Shown piece by piece: positions 28,798 to 37,419 of a DNA stretch of 64,000 nt (the first letter of the stretch is position 1; every line of letters begins with the position of its first letter). A model generated the notes under the pieces. It did no database searches, had not been told where the DNA came from, and was given only the letters and a program-made list of their open reading frames with translations. The translations under genes were made by a program, and so were the position numbers. Location: assembly GCA_965219445.1 (NCBI GenBank), contig CBDCNQ010000004.1:768001-832000 (forward strand), given 5' to 3'. This DNA is from Longimicrobiales bacterium (GTDB taxonomy: Bacteria; Gemmatimonadota; Gemmatimonadetes; Longimicrobiales; Gaopeijiaceae).

Positions 28798-29808
28798 ATG
28801 CGCCAGGCCCGCACAATCGTCACCACCGGACTGCTAGCCTGTGGTCTGGCGGCGTGCGGTGAAATTCCGAGGGCCTGGGGCGAGGTGAACAGCATTATCG
28901 TGGCGGCGTCCGACGAGCAGTGGGCGGCCGTCGGCTCGATGGTGGAAACTGCGCTCGAGACGAGGGTTCTCACGGTGCGGGCCGAGAAGACCTTCCGCGT
29001 CACACATCAGGTACCCGCGGGCCGGGAGTGGGGCCTGCTTCAGCGCTTCCGCCAACTCCTCCTCATCGGCACGCCCGAGTCTCCATGGATGGCCGAAGCG
29101 CTGGCGTACACCGAACGTGAGGGCTTCAACCCACCGGAGATCCTTCAGGTCGGGGACGTTTGGGCGCGGGGACAAAACGTCACCATCCTTCTCTTGCCCT
29201 CTTCGGGAGCAGACGGTGCGGAGGAACTCATGGACCCCCTCCACGAGCTCCTGGACGGCCAATACCGCCAGTGGGTACGCGGCCAGATGTTCCAGAGCGG
29301 ACGTGATTCCCTACTTGCCGACACGCTCTGGAACGAGGCGGGATTCACCATGCTCCTCCCGGAGGTGTACCGACGCAGGACGGTGGATTCGATCTATATC
29401 TTCAGGAATGACAATCCCAACCCCACCGAGCTGATCCGCCAGATCGCCGTCACCTGGAGAAATCCGGTTCCTGAGGAGTTGGGTCAAGAAGAGTTGCTGG
29501 CGTGGCGGACGGCCCTCACCGATCAGTACTACATCTATCCGCAGGTCATCGACACGGCGCTGGCCCAGACTCGCCGGCTCCAAATGGGCGACCTGGTCCT
29601 CGAGGAGTTCCGTGCAACATGGGCTAACCCGCCGGAGGACCAGTTTCCAGCCGGGGGACCCCTGATCGTCTGGTCCGTCCCCTGCCCGGCGCAGGATCGA
29701 CACTACCTGGTCGACGCCTGGCTATATGCCCCGGGAAGGGACAAGTACCGGTACGTGCTGCAGCTCGAGAACATTCTCAACACGTTCCGGTGCCGGGGGG
29801 CGGTGTAG
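28798..29808 (+). CDS. Lipoprotein, DUF4837-like
   Basis: Lipobox GLAAC; DVWARGQ, W.NPP...AGGP, YAPG..K.RY..QLE. Confidence 0.7.
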   Translation: MRQARTIVTTGLLACGLAACGEIPRAWGEVNSIIVAASDEQWAAVGSMVETALETRVLTVRAEKTFRVTHQVPAGREWGLLQRFRQLLLIGTPESPWMAEALAYTEREGFNPPEILQVGDVWARGQNVTILLLPSSGADGAEELMDPLHELLDGQYRQWVRGQMFQSGRDSLLADTLWNEAGFTMLLPEVYRRRTVDSIYIFRNDNPNPTELIRQIAVTWRNPVPEELGQEELLAWRTALTDQYYIYPQVIDTALAQTRRLQMGDLVLEEFRATWANPPEDQFPAGGPLIVWSVPCPAQDRHYLVDAWLYAPGRDKYRYVLQLENILNTFRCRGAV

Positions 29809-29838
29809 CCCTCCCACGCTGACGCCAGCACTTTCATA

Positions 29839-32523
29839 TTAGTTCCCCACCTGCTCCCTCAACTCCTCGGCGCAGTTGTCGACGAGGATGAGTTCGGTGG
29901 CCGATTCCCCCTCGTCGATCCGCAGCATCACGATCCGCTGATCGTCGGGACTCACGTCGTACTGAGGGTGGCCGTTACTAGAGATGTAGTCGGCCATCGA
30001 GAACAGTACTTCCTGCTGACCTAGCGGATCCGTGGGACTTCCAGTGACCTCGACGGACACGAGTTCGTTGGCCCCATTCCGGTAGAACAGTTCTCGGCCA
30101 CCGTGTGCCCAGACAGGCGCCTGGCCCCCGGCTGTGGATACCTGCCACCGGGGCGACGTTGCGTCTGGGAAGAGGCGAACGTAGACCTCGGCTCGCCCCG
30201 AAGCGTTCGAGACGTAGGCCAGCCAGCGATCGTCGGGTGAAAGGGCCGGGGAGTATTCCTGGAATTCGGTCGCCGCGAGCGGCACCGGCGGACCGTCCAT
30301 CCCGGGCCGCATGGCATAGAGGTCACCCAAACCCGCGCCGACTCCTCCCTCACGGAAGACGAGCCACTGACCGTCCGATGAGTAGAACGCCTCATAGATG
30401 TCGAGCTCCCGGTCCAGAAGCAGTTCAGCCGTGCTACTCCCGTCTGCTTGGGTGCTCCACAGGTCGTTACCGCCAGCACGATTCGACACGAACGTCAACG
30501 CGCCCCCCTGCGGCGACCATTCTGCACTGCTGTTCAACCCGCTTGCGAACGTCAGCCGCGACAGCGGGCCCGTGTCCAGCTGTTTGATCCACAAGTCCGT
30601 TGTCCCACCGTCCGTTGTCGGGATTGATATCGCGAGGCGGGTGCCATCTGGCGAGAGCGAGGGCCTCGAGTAGACCGTATTTCCCCTCGCTCTCCATGTC
30701 GGATCGATCTCTCTGGCAGTTCCCTCTTGGTCCACCCATACAGGAGTGACCAGTCCTTCAGAATTGCTTGCCAGATAGACAAGCCCACCGGTCTGGGATA
30801 CGGCGTAGGATGCCGCTCCGACTTCGGTCCCGCCAGCGATCAAACCGTCGGCTACGGGAAGGGCGGCACCTGTGATTTCCCGCTGTTCCGCGTCAAAGGA
30901 TGCAGCCAGGAGCGTTGCTTCGGTCGCGTCCTGGAACAGTAGATGTCCGGTGACACTGTAAATGGGCGCTCGGCCGGGTATGAGGTCTCTGATTTCTCCC
31001 GATTCGACATCTACCGCGTGGATTCTGGGGTCCGCGTTCCCCCCCCGGCTGACCTCGAAGACCGCGCTCATTCCGTTGGGGAGGATGTCCGGGTACCTGT
31101 GGCGCACATCTCCGGCGGCCGTATCCACCCGCGTGACGATCTCCGGTGTCCCGCCCGCCGCTGGCACGCGGCTTAGGCCTCCGGCGAGGTTCGTGTAATA
31201 GACCCAGGCACCGTCCGGACTCCACGTTGGACAGCACGACACCGAGTCCGTGAGCGTCCGTCCGCCCCCTCCCAAGAGCGGGACGACCCGAATCAAGCCG
31301 ACGGCGCGGAAGGCCACCTCTTGGCCGTCCGGCGAAATCGACGGGCGCAAAGCGCTTTCCGTATCGGGGATCGGCGCGGCCTCCAGCTCATCCCACCGTC
31401 TCAGCCAAAGCCGCTGTTGCTCGGCATCACCGGCACCCACGTAGACCAACAGCGATCCGTCTCGCGATAGGTCGAGGTCCGGGAAGTCCGGATTGATCGC
31501 TTGTTCCTCGGGAATGCGCACGGAAAAGCGGGTCACCGGTTCCGGAGGCTCACGGCTCAGAAACGACAAGAGCGTCGTTGTCGCGAAGACGACAGTGGTT
31601 GCGGCTAAAGTGGTCGTCAGCCAGTTCCACAGCCCCGACCGCGCGCCGGCTCCAACAGCCGTCCCCTCCCCGTGCCGGAAGTGCTCATCCCCCAACGCCC
31701 GCACGAAGTCCTGCGCCGACGTGAACCGATCCGCCGGCAGCTTCTCCAGGGCACAACGGAGAGCGGCATCCACGTTCTCTGGTACCGATGCACGCTTCTT
31801 CGTGGCCGACGCGGTCTCGCCCGCGATGATCTGCCCGAGCACCGCCTGCGCTGTGCTCCCCATGTACGGAGGGTCACCGGTCAGCATCTCGTACAACACT
31901 GCGCCCAGTGCGTAGGTGTCGGTCGAAGGGCCGACGTGTTGGTCGCCTGTCGCCTGCTCGGGGCTCATGTAGTACGGAGTTCCCATACTCAGGCCCGTCT
32001 CCGTAAGCCGACTGCCTCCTGCTGCACCGACAGCCAGCGCGATACCGAAGTCGGCGATCAGAGGCTCACCACGACTAAGAAGGATGTTGGCGGGTTTGAT
32101 GTCGTGGTGGATGATGCCCTGCTCGTGGGCAGTCTGGAGCGCACCCGCCACCGCCGTCGCTATGCGGACAGCTTCATCAACAGGAAGCTGCTTCTCTCGG
32201 TCGATCCGGTCACGGAGGGTCTCGCCCTCTATGTATGGCATCACGTAGAACAGGAAGCTGTCGGCCTCACCCGAATCGAAGAGCGGCAGTATGTGCGGAT
32301 GCTGGAGGTTGGCCGTGGTCTTGATCTCGGCCAAGAAGCGTTCGGCACCGACGACTGCGGCCAGCTCGGGTTTGAGCACCTTCAGTGCGACCTTGCGATC
32401 GTGCTTGATGTCCTCGGCCACGTAGACCGTCGCCATGCCGCCTTCGCCAAGCTCGCGCTCGATGGCGTAGCAGCCTTCGAGGGCGGCGTTTAGACGGGCG
32501 ACGAAGTCGGACATGGGGGACAA
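29839..32523 (-). CDS. Hanks-type Ser/Thr kinase with TM segment and TolB/PD40 beta-propeller; HRD replaced by HHD
   Basis: GEGGMATV, VALK, HHDIKPAN, DFG, GTPYYMSPEQ; repeated SPDG motifs. Confidence 0.93.
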   Translation of the reverse strand: MSPMSDFVARLNAALEGCYAIERELGEGGMATVYVAEDIKHDRKVALKVLKPELAAVVGAERFLAEIKTTANLQHPHILPLFDSGEADSFLFYVMPYIEGETLRDRIDREKQLPVDEAVRIATAVAGALQTAHEQGIIHHDIKPANILLSRGEPLIADFGIALAVGAAGGSRLTETGLSMGTPYYMSPEQATGDQHVGPSTDTYALGAVLYEMLTGDPPYMGSTAQAVLGQIIAGETASATKKRASVPENVDAALRCALEKLPADRFTSAQDFVRALGDEHFRHGEGTAVGAGARSGLWNWLTTTLAATTVVFATTTLLSFLSREPPEPVTRFSVRIPEEQAINPDFPDLDLSRDGSLLVYVGAGDAEQQRLWLRRWDELEAAPIPDTESALRPSISPDGQEVAFRAVGLIRVVPLLGGGGRTLTDSVSCCPTWSPDGAWVYYTNLAGGLSRVPAAGGTPEIVTRVDTAAGDVRHRYPDILPNGMSAVFEVSRGGNADPRIHAVDVESGEIRDLIPGRAPIYSVTGHLLFQDATEATLLAASFDAEQREITGAALPVADGLIAGGTEVGAASYAVSQTGGLVYLASNSEGLVTPVWVDQEGTAREIDPTWRARGNTVYSRPSLSPDGTRLAISIPTTDGGTTDLWIKQLDTGPLSRLTFASGLNSSAEWSPQGGALTFVSNRAGGNDLWSTQADGSSTAELLLDRELDIYEAFYSSDGQWLVFREGGVGAGLGDLYAMRPGMDGPPVPLAATEFQEYSPALSPDDRWLAYVSNASGRAEVYVRLFPDATSPRWQVSTAGGQAPVWAHGGRELFYRNGANELVSVEVTGSPTDPLGQQEVLFSMADYISSNGHPQYDVSPDDQRIVMLRIDEGESATELILVDNCAEELREQVGN

Positions 32524-32617
32524 GATGCGTCGAGGCTGCGCAAAGCTGCAAGCACCTCCAACGTACCCACGTGGCTTCGGTCGATGAAGACCCGGGTCGG
32601 CATGTCTTGGGCCTCAA

Positions 32618-32683
32618 TAGCCGGGCTTCAGCCGGACCTCAGCCGGACCTCAGCCGGACCTTAGCCGGACTTCAGCCGAACTT
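32618..32683. repeat. 11-bp tandem repeat x6 (consensus CAGCCGGACCT)
   Basis: TAGCCGGGCTT, CAGCCGGACCT x3, TAGCCGGACTT, CAGCCGAACTT. Confidence 0.93.
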
Positions 32684-32761
32684 CGAGCATGCTGTCCAAG
32701 GAGCCTGTGCCGAAAAGGGCGACGAGGCGCTTCGGTTCCTGGGGCCGAGGGCCTCGATGAG

Positions 32762-32792
32762 AAATCTGTCCAATCCAGACATGGACAGATTT
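32762..32792. repeat. Perfect 11-bp inverted repeat with 9-nt loop
   Basis: AAATCTGTCCA-N9-TGGACAGATTT. Confidence 0.85.
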
Positions 32793-32988
32793 GGGCGCTC
32801 GTGTTCGGGCGTGTCCGGGACATCAGTGCCGTTGCTCCCTGCACGCCCGTTAGCTGGCGGCTGAGCCCAATGACGCCATAAGGCCCCGCTCGATGCCCTG
32901 CCGACCCCCGTTCGGCGCTCTCGTGGCCCGTGAGAGACTCCCGAAATCCACCGTTATATTGTGACATAACTCGTTGTCATAACTGTAT

Positions 32989-34521
32989 TTGAGAGGGATC
33001 GTGAGAGGAGTCACGGGAGGGATCATGGAAGGGAGCATGGGGAGGACGTCTCAGGAGGCGAGGAGCCCAGATCAGCAGGCGCTGGAGTCCGATGCCCGCT
33101 TCGAGCGCATGGAGCGAGTCGCTGTGCTTTACGGTGAGATCACGGCCGCGACCCGGGAGTTCTTGGCGGCGCTCGCGCGCTCGGATCGGCACGGGGACTG
33201 GGAGGAGGAGGGCTTCGGCTCCTGCGCCGAGTGGCTCGCGTGGCAGATCGGCATTACGCGCGGTACGGCGAACGAGAAAGTCAGGGCCGCTCGGGCGCTC
33301 GAGGATCTTCCGCTCATTTCCGAGGCGATGGCCAGGGGCGAAATCTCGTTTAGCAAAGTCCGGGCGTTGACACGTGCGGCCACGTCACAGAACGAGAGCG
33401 AGCTTCTCGAGTTCGCTCGTGCGGGTTCGGCCGCCAATCTGGAGCGATTGGTGAGGGGCTGGAAGACGCTGAGCCGGTCCGACGAGCAGCAGGCGGACCA
33501 GGTCCGACACAGCAGGAGGTGCTTCTCGGTCTTCCCGGACGAAGACGGGATGTACGTGGTTCGGGGCCGGCTGGACCCGGAGGTCGGAGCGGCCCTGATG
33601 CGTGCGGTGGAGGCGGCGAGCGATGCTTTGTTTGCGGAGACGAGCAAGAACAACGACGACGGGAGGCGCGACCGGGAAGCGCCCGAGCCCGTTCAGCTGC
33701 GAGCGGACGCGGTCGGTCTGCTCGCCGAGCGGGCGCTCGCGGCGGGGTTTGCGGTCGGAGTCGGGGTCGGAGACCACGCCCCCGTCAGCGGCTCCCGGGC
33801 GCAGCGGTACCAGGTGGTGCTCCACGTCGAAGCCGCGACCCTCGCGGCGGAGGGCGAGCCTGGCCGCTCCGAGCTCGAAGACGGCACGCGAGTTTCCGCG
33901 GAAACTGCCCGCAGGCTGGCGTGCGACGCGAGCCGGATCGAGGTCCGTCACGCCGCCGCCAGCTCCGCTCCGGGGTCAACGGTCGGCTCAGCTCCGGGCT
34001 CAGGTCTCGGCTCAGCCCCGAGCTCAGCCCTCGGCCCAGCCCCGGGCTCAACCCCACGCTCACCCGATGGCCCCGTGCTCGACGTGGGCCGCAAGACCCG
34101 CACGATCCCGCCGGCGCTCCGCCGTGCGCTCGATGCCAGAGACCGCGGATGCCGGTTCCCAGGCTGTGGGCTCCGCTTTGCTGACGCCCACCACATCGTG
34201 CACTGGGCGGACGGCGGCGAGACGAGCCTGAGGAACGTCTGTCTCTTATGTCGCCGGCATCACAGGAGGGTCCACGAGGGCGGCTACCGGGTCTGTAGCG
34301 ACCGGAACGGGCAGGTCGTGTTCTTCACACCGAAGGGGAACCCATTGTTCGAGGCACCGCCGCTACCCGAGCTACCACCGGATCCGGTGGAGGCGCTGGT
34401 GCGTGACAACCGAGAACGGGGCATTAGGCCCAACGGCTTGAGTGGAGCGCCCAAGTGGAGACGGGATTGGGACATCCCGTGGGCGATCGAGGCAGCGGCC
34501 AGGGAGTCCGTCGATCCTTAG
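32989..34521 (+). CDS. DUF222 / HNH endonuclease (REP13E12-like); exact start uncertain
   Basis: N-terminal SCAEWL.W, RAARAL..LP, GEISFSKVRALTR; ARRLACDA; C-terminal RDRGCRFPGC..HH..HW..GG.T...N...LC..HH...H. Confidence 0.9.
   Translation: MRGIVRGVTGGIMEGSMGRTSQEARSPDQQALESDARFERMERVAVLYGEITAATREFLAALARSDRHGDWEEEGFGSCAEWLAWQIGITRGTANEKVRAARALEDLPLISEAMARGEISFSKVRALTRAATSQNESELLEFARAGSAANLERLVRGWKTLSRSDEQQADQVRHSRRCFSVFPDEDGMYVVRGRLDPEVGAALMRAVEAASDALFAETSKNNDDGRRDREAPEPVQLRADAVGLLAERALAAGFAVGVGVGDHAPVSGSRAQRYQVVLHVEAATLAAEGEPGRSELEDGTRVSAETARRLACDASRIEVRHAAASSAPGSTVGSAPGSGLGSAPSSALGPAPGSTPRSPDGPVLDVGRKTRTIPPALRRALDARDRGCRFPGCGLRFADAHHIVHWADGGETSLRNVCLLCRRHHRRVHEGGYRVCSDRNGQVVFFTPKGNPLFEAPPLPELPPDPVEALVRDNRERGIRPNGLSGAPKWRRDWDIPWAIEAAARESVDP
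32991..33050. repeat. Degenerate purine-rich 12-bp tandem repeat x5 at the HNH gene start
   Basis: GAGAGGGATCGT, GAGAGGAGTCAC, GGGAGGGATCAT, GGAAGGGAGCAT, GGGGAGGACGTC. Confidence 0.75.
33964..34059. repeat. 24-bp tandem repeat x4 within the HNH gene
   Basis: Encodes SAPGSTVG/SAPGSGLG/SAPSSALG/PAPGSTPR. Confidence 0.88.
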
Positions 34522-34611
34522 GACGAGCCGGAAGCGGACGAGCCGTCCATCCACGGGTCATCCGTCCACCAGCCGTCCGTCCGCGAGTCGGCTGTCACCG
34601 GGTCGGCCGTC
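34522..34611. repeat. Degenerate 15-bp tandem repeat directly after the HNH stop
   Basis: In the HNH frame it reads DEPEA DEPSI HGSSV HQPSV RESAV TGSAV. Confidence 0.65.
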
Positions 34612-34808
34612 TACCCGTCCTCCTCGTCCGCAGTTTCCGCGGGAATCGCCGCAGCTTCAGCGCCGCGGCTTCTTCGGTTCGAGGGCACACACCGGGGACG
34701 CGCCGTCTAATGAGGACTGCGGGAGCCTCTTACTCCAAAGCGTGCCTGACGCACGGAGTTTTCACGCGTCGCACCCTCGCGACTCTTAGCCGGGAGGCCT
34801 CTCAACCG

Positions 34809-34858
34809 TTGCCAACGGCCCAGAAGTATTGTATCCTTTAATCCGGATTTATGGATAC
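34809..34858 (+). promoter_or_regulatory. sigma70-like promoter and 28-bp palindromic operator overlapping the SahR-like start codon
   Basis: TTGCCA(34809)-N17-TATCCT(34832); GTATCCTTTAATCCGGATTTATGGATAC is 24/28 self-complementary. Confidence 0.72.
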
Positions 34859-35801
34859 TATAGCAGCTGAACCTCGTGTCTTCGATCGAATGAGCGCTTT
34901 GGGCGACCTGGCCCGAGGACGCCTTCTCCTTCTTTTGGAGCAGGGCGAGTTCACGGTCTCCGAGCTCGTTCGGGTCTCCCAGCTGCCGCAGTCGACGGTG
35001 AGCCGCCATCTGAAGATTCTCGCGGATGACGGATGGGTGACGTCCCGAGCGAGTGGGACCAGCCACTTTTACCGGATGGCCGTATCTCTCGAGCCGGCGG
35101 CCCGCGAGCTGTGGGCGTTGGTTCGTCCCGATGTGGCCGCGGCGGGGTTGGCGGAGGAGGACGGAGAACGGGCCCGCGCGGTCGTACGTGATCGGCGAGG
35201 ACGCTCGCGCAAGTTCTTTTCGGGTGTGGCCCGGCGCTGGGACAGCGTCCGGGAGGAGTTGTTCGGAAGTGACTCGGAGATGCTTCCTCTCTTCGGCCTC
35301 CTGAACCCCAGCGCCACACTGGGTGACCTCGGCGCGGGGACGGGACACTTCGCGGCCCGTGTGGCTCCCTTCGTGAGCCGGGTCATCGCGGTGGACGCTT
35401 CGGATGAAATGCTCGAAGCGGCGCGCGACCGCCTGGACGGTACGGCCAACGTGGAGCTGCGTTGTGGTGACCTCGAGGACCTTCCGATCGACGACGGCGA
35501 GTTGGACGTGGCCGTGCTCCTCCTGGTGCTTCACTACGTGGTGGAGCCCGAGGCCGTACTGAGGGAAGCGCGTCGGACGCTCAAGCCGGGCGGTCGCGTC
35601 GTGATCGTGGACATGCGGAGCCACTCTCGGGAGGGGTACCAGGAAGAGATGGGCCATGTGTGGCCCGGCTTCGATGATGCGGAGCTGGCCAACTGGCACC
35701 GAGAGGCGGAGCTCCTCGACTTCGCCTACCGTCCATTACCCGCCCGTCCCGAGGCATCGGGACCTCTGCTCTTCGTCACGTCGGCGACCCGCGCATGCTG
35801 A
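34851..35801 (+). CDS. sahR: ArsR HTH + SAM-dependent methyltransferase-fold regulator (SahR-like)
   Basis: SELVRVSQLPQSTVSRHLKIL; F...A..WD..R; DLGAGTG; directly upstream of ahcY. Confidence 0.82.
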   Translation: MDTIAAEPRVFDRMSALGDLARGRLLLLLEQGEFTVSELVRVSQLPQSTVSRHLKILADDGWVTSRASGTSHFYRMAVSLEPAARELWALVRPDVAAAGLAEEDGERARAVVRDRRGRSRKFFSGVARRWDSVREELFGSDSEMLPLFGLLNPSATLGDLGAGTGHFAARVAPFVSRVIAVDASDEMLEAARDRLDGTANVELRCGDLEDLPIDDGELDVAVLLLVLHYVVEPEAVLREARRTLKPGGRVVIVDMRSHSREGYQEEMGHVWPGFDDAELANWHREAELLDFAYRPLPARPEASGPLLFVTSATRAC

Positions 35802-35906
35802 ATTCACCTGGAGACTGAAGTGGTGCTACCGTACTCAATTCGTCTTTCCGTACTGGAATCGTTTGTTCGTACTCACTTGTCCCTTTCATAGTTGAGGTCT
35901 GAACCC

Positions 35907-37394
35907 ATGGATACCGCAGTCATAAACGAGAAGGGTGGCTCGGCCACCGATGAAGCCCGCCCGGGCTACAAGGTCGCCGACCTTTCACTCGCCGAATGGG
36001 GACGTAAAGAGATCCGCCTGGCCGAGCAGGAAATGCCCGGCCTTATGGCAGCCCGTGCGGAATACGGCCCCGAGAAGGCCCTCGCCGGTCTCAAGATCAT
36101 GGGTTCACTCCACATGACGGTGCAAACCGCTGTGTTGATCGAGACGCTCGTGGACCTCGGTGCCGACGTGCGTTGGGTCTCCTGTAATATTTTTTCGACT
36201 CAGGATCACGCGGCTGCAGCGGTCGCGGTGGGCCCCGAAGGCACACCAGACGCCCTCAAGGGCATTCCTGTCTTCGCCTGGAAGGGTGAGACGCTGGCGG
36301 AATACTGGTGGGCCACCGAGCAAGCGCTCGAGTGGCCCGACGGCAGCGGCCCCGACCTCATCGTGGACGACGGTGGTGACGCAACGCTCCTGCTTCACCG
36401 AGGCGTCGAGTACGAGGCCGCGGGCCGTGTCCCCGATTTCGACCCTGAGACCGAGCCCGAGGAGTGGAGGATCATTCTCGAGCTTCTGCATAGCTCCCTG
36501 GCCCAGGACCCCCAGAAATGGCATCGCATCTCAGCGAACGTCATCGGCGTCTCCGAGGAGACCACGACGGGTGTGCATCGCCTCTACGAGATGGAGAAGG
36601 ACGGCACGCTGCTCTTCCCCGCCATCAATGTGAACGACTCGGTGACCAAGTCGAAATTCGACAACCTCTACGGATGCCGTCACTCGGTTATCGACGGATT
36701 GAATCGGGCAACCGACGTGATGATTTCCGGAAAGATGGCCGTTGTTTGCGGTTACGGCGACGTCGGGAAGGGCTGTGCCCAAGCGCTCAAGAGTCAGGGG
36801 GCCCGGGTGGTCATCACCGAGATCGACCCGATCTGCGCGCTTCAGGCTTGCATGGAAGGCTTCACGGTGCGTCGTATCGAAGACGTGCTCGGCGAAGCCG
36901 ACATCTTCGTGACGACCACTGGAAACAAGGACATCATTACAGCCGAGCACATGGCGGGCATGAAGGACAAAGCCATCGTCGGCAACATCGGCCACTTCGA
37001 CAATGAGATCCAAATGGCCGGCTTGGAACGGATGCCCGGTGTCCGAAGAGACAACGTCAAGCCGCAGTACGACGAGTGGATCTTTCCGGACGGCCACAGC
37101 GTGATGATCCTGGCCGAGGGGCGTCTGCTCAACCTGGGATGCGCCACGGGTCATCCGAGCTTCGTCATGTCGGCGAGCTTCACTAACCAGGTGATCGCGC
37201 AGATCGAACTCGCCCGGAACCGGAACTCGTACGAAAAGAGAGTCTACGTACTCCCAAAGATTCTGGACGAGAAGGTCGCGCGGCTCCACCTCGATAAGTT
37301 GAGTGCTCGGCTTACCGAGCTCTCAGACGAGCAGGCGGCCTACATAGGCGTGGAAAAAGGGGGACCGTATAAGCCGGATACGTACCGCTACTAG
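35907..37394 (+). CDS. ahcY: Adenosylhomocysteinase
   Basis: [70 protein letters not shown]. Confidence 0.98.
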   Translation: MDTAVINEKGGSATDEARPGYKVADLSLAEWGRKEIRLAEQEMPGLMAARAEYGPEKALAGLKIMGSLHMTVQTAVLIETLVDLGADVRWVSCNIFSTQDHAAAAVAVGPEGTPDALKGIPVFAWKGETLAEYWWATEQALEWPDGSGPDLIVDDGGDATLLLHRGVEYEAAGRVPDFDPETEPEEWRIILELLHSSLAQDPQKWHRISANVIGVSEETTTGVHRLYEMEKDGTLLFPAINVNDSVTKSKFDNLYGCRHSVIDGLNRATDVMISGKMAVVCGYGDVGKGCAQALKSQGARVVITEIDPICALQACMEGFTVRRIEDVLGEADIFVTTTGNKDIITAEHMAGMKDKAIVGNIGHFDNEIQMAGLERMPGVRRDNVKPQYDEWIFPDGHSVMILAEGRLLNLGCATGHPSFVMSASFTNQVIAQIELARNRNSYEKRVYVLPKILDEKVARLHLDKLSARLTELSDEQAAYIGVEKGGPYKPDTYRY

Positions 37395-37419
37395 CGTGCC
37401 CTCATTCGGTCGGTGCCGG

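Noticed and set aside
32618..32683. Tandem repeat as a CRISPR or guide array
   Set aside because: Units are contiguous 11-mers with no spacers, and no cas gene is present.
32618..34794. TAGCCGGG at 32618 and 34787 as a target-site duplication of the HNH element
   Set aside because: An 8-bp GC-rich match between two flanks of a few hundred bp is expected by chance, and no terminal inverted repeats are seen.
35802..35906. SAH or SAM riboswitch upstream of ahcY
   Set aside because: I could not find the conserved SAH riboswitch elements; the protein regulator and operator explain control.
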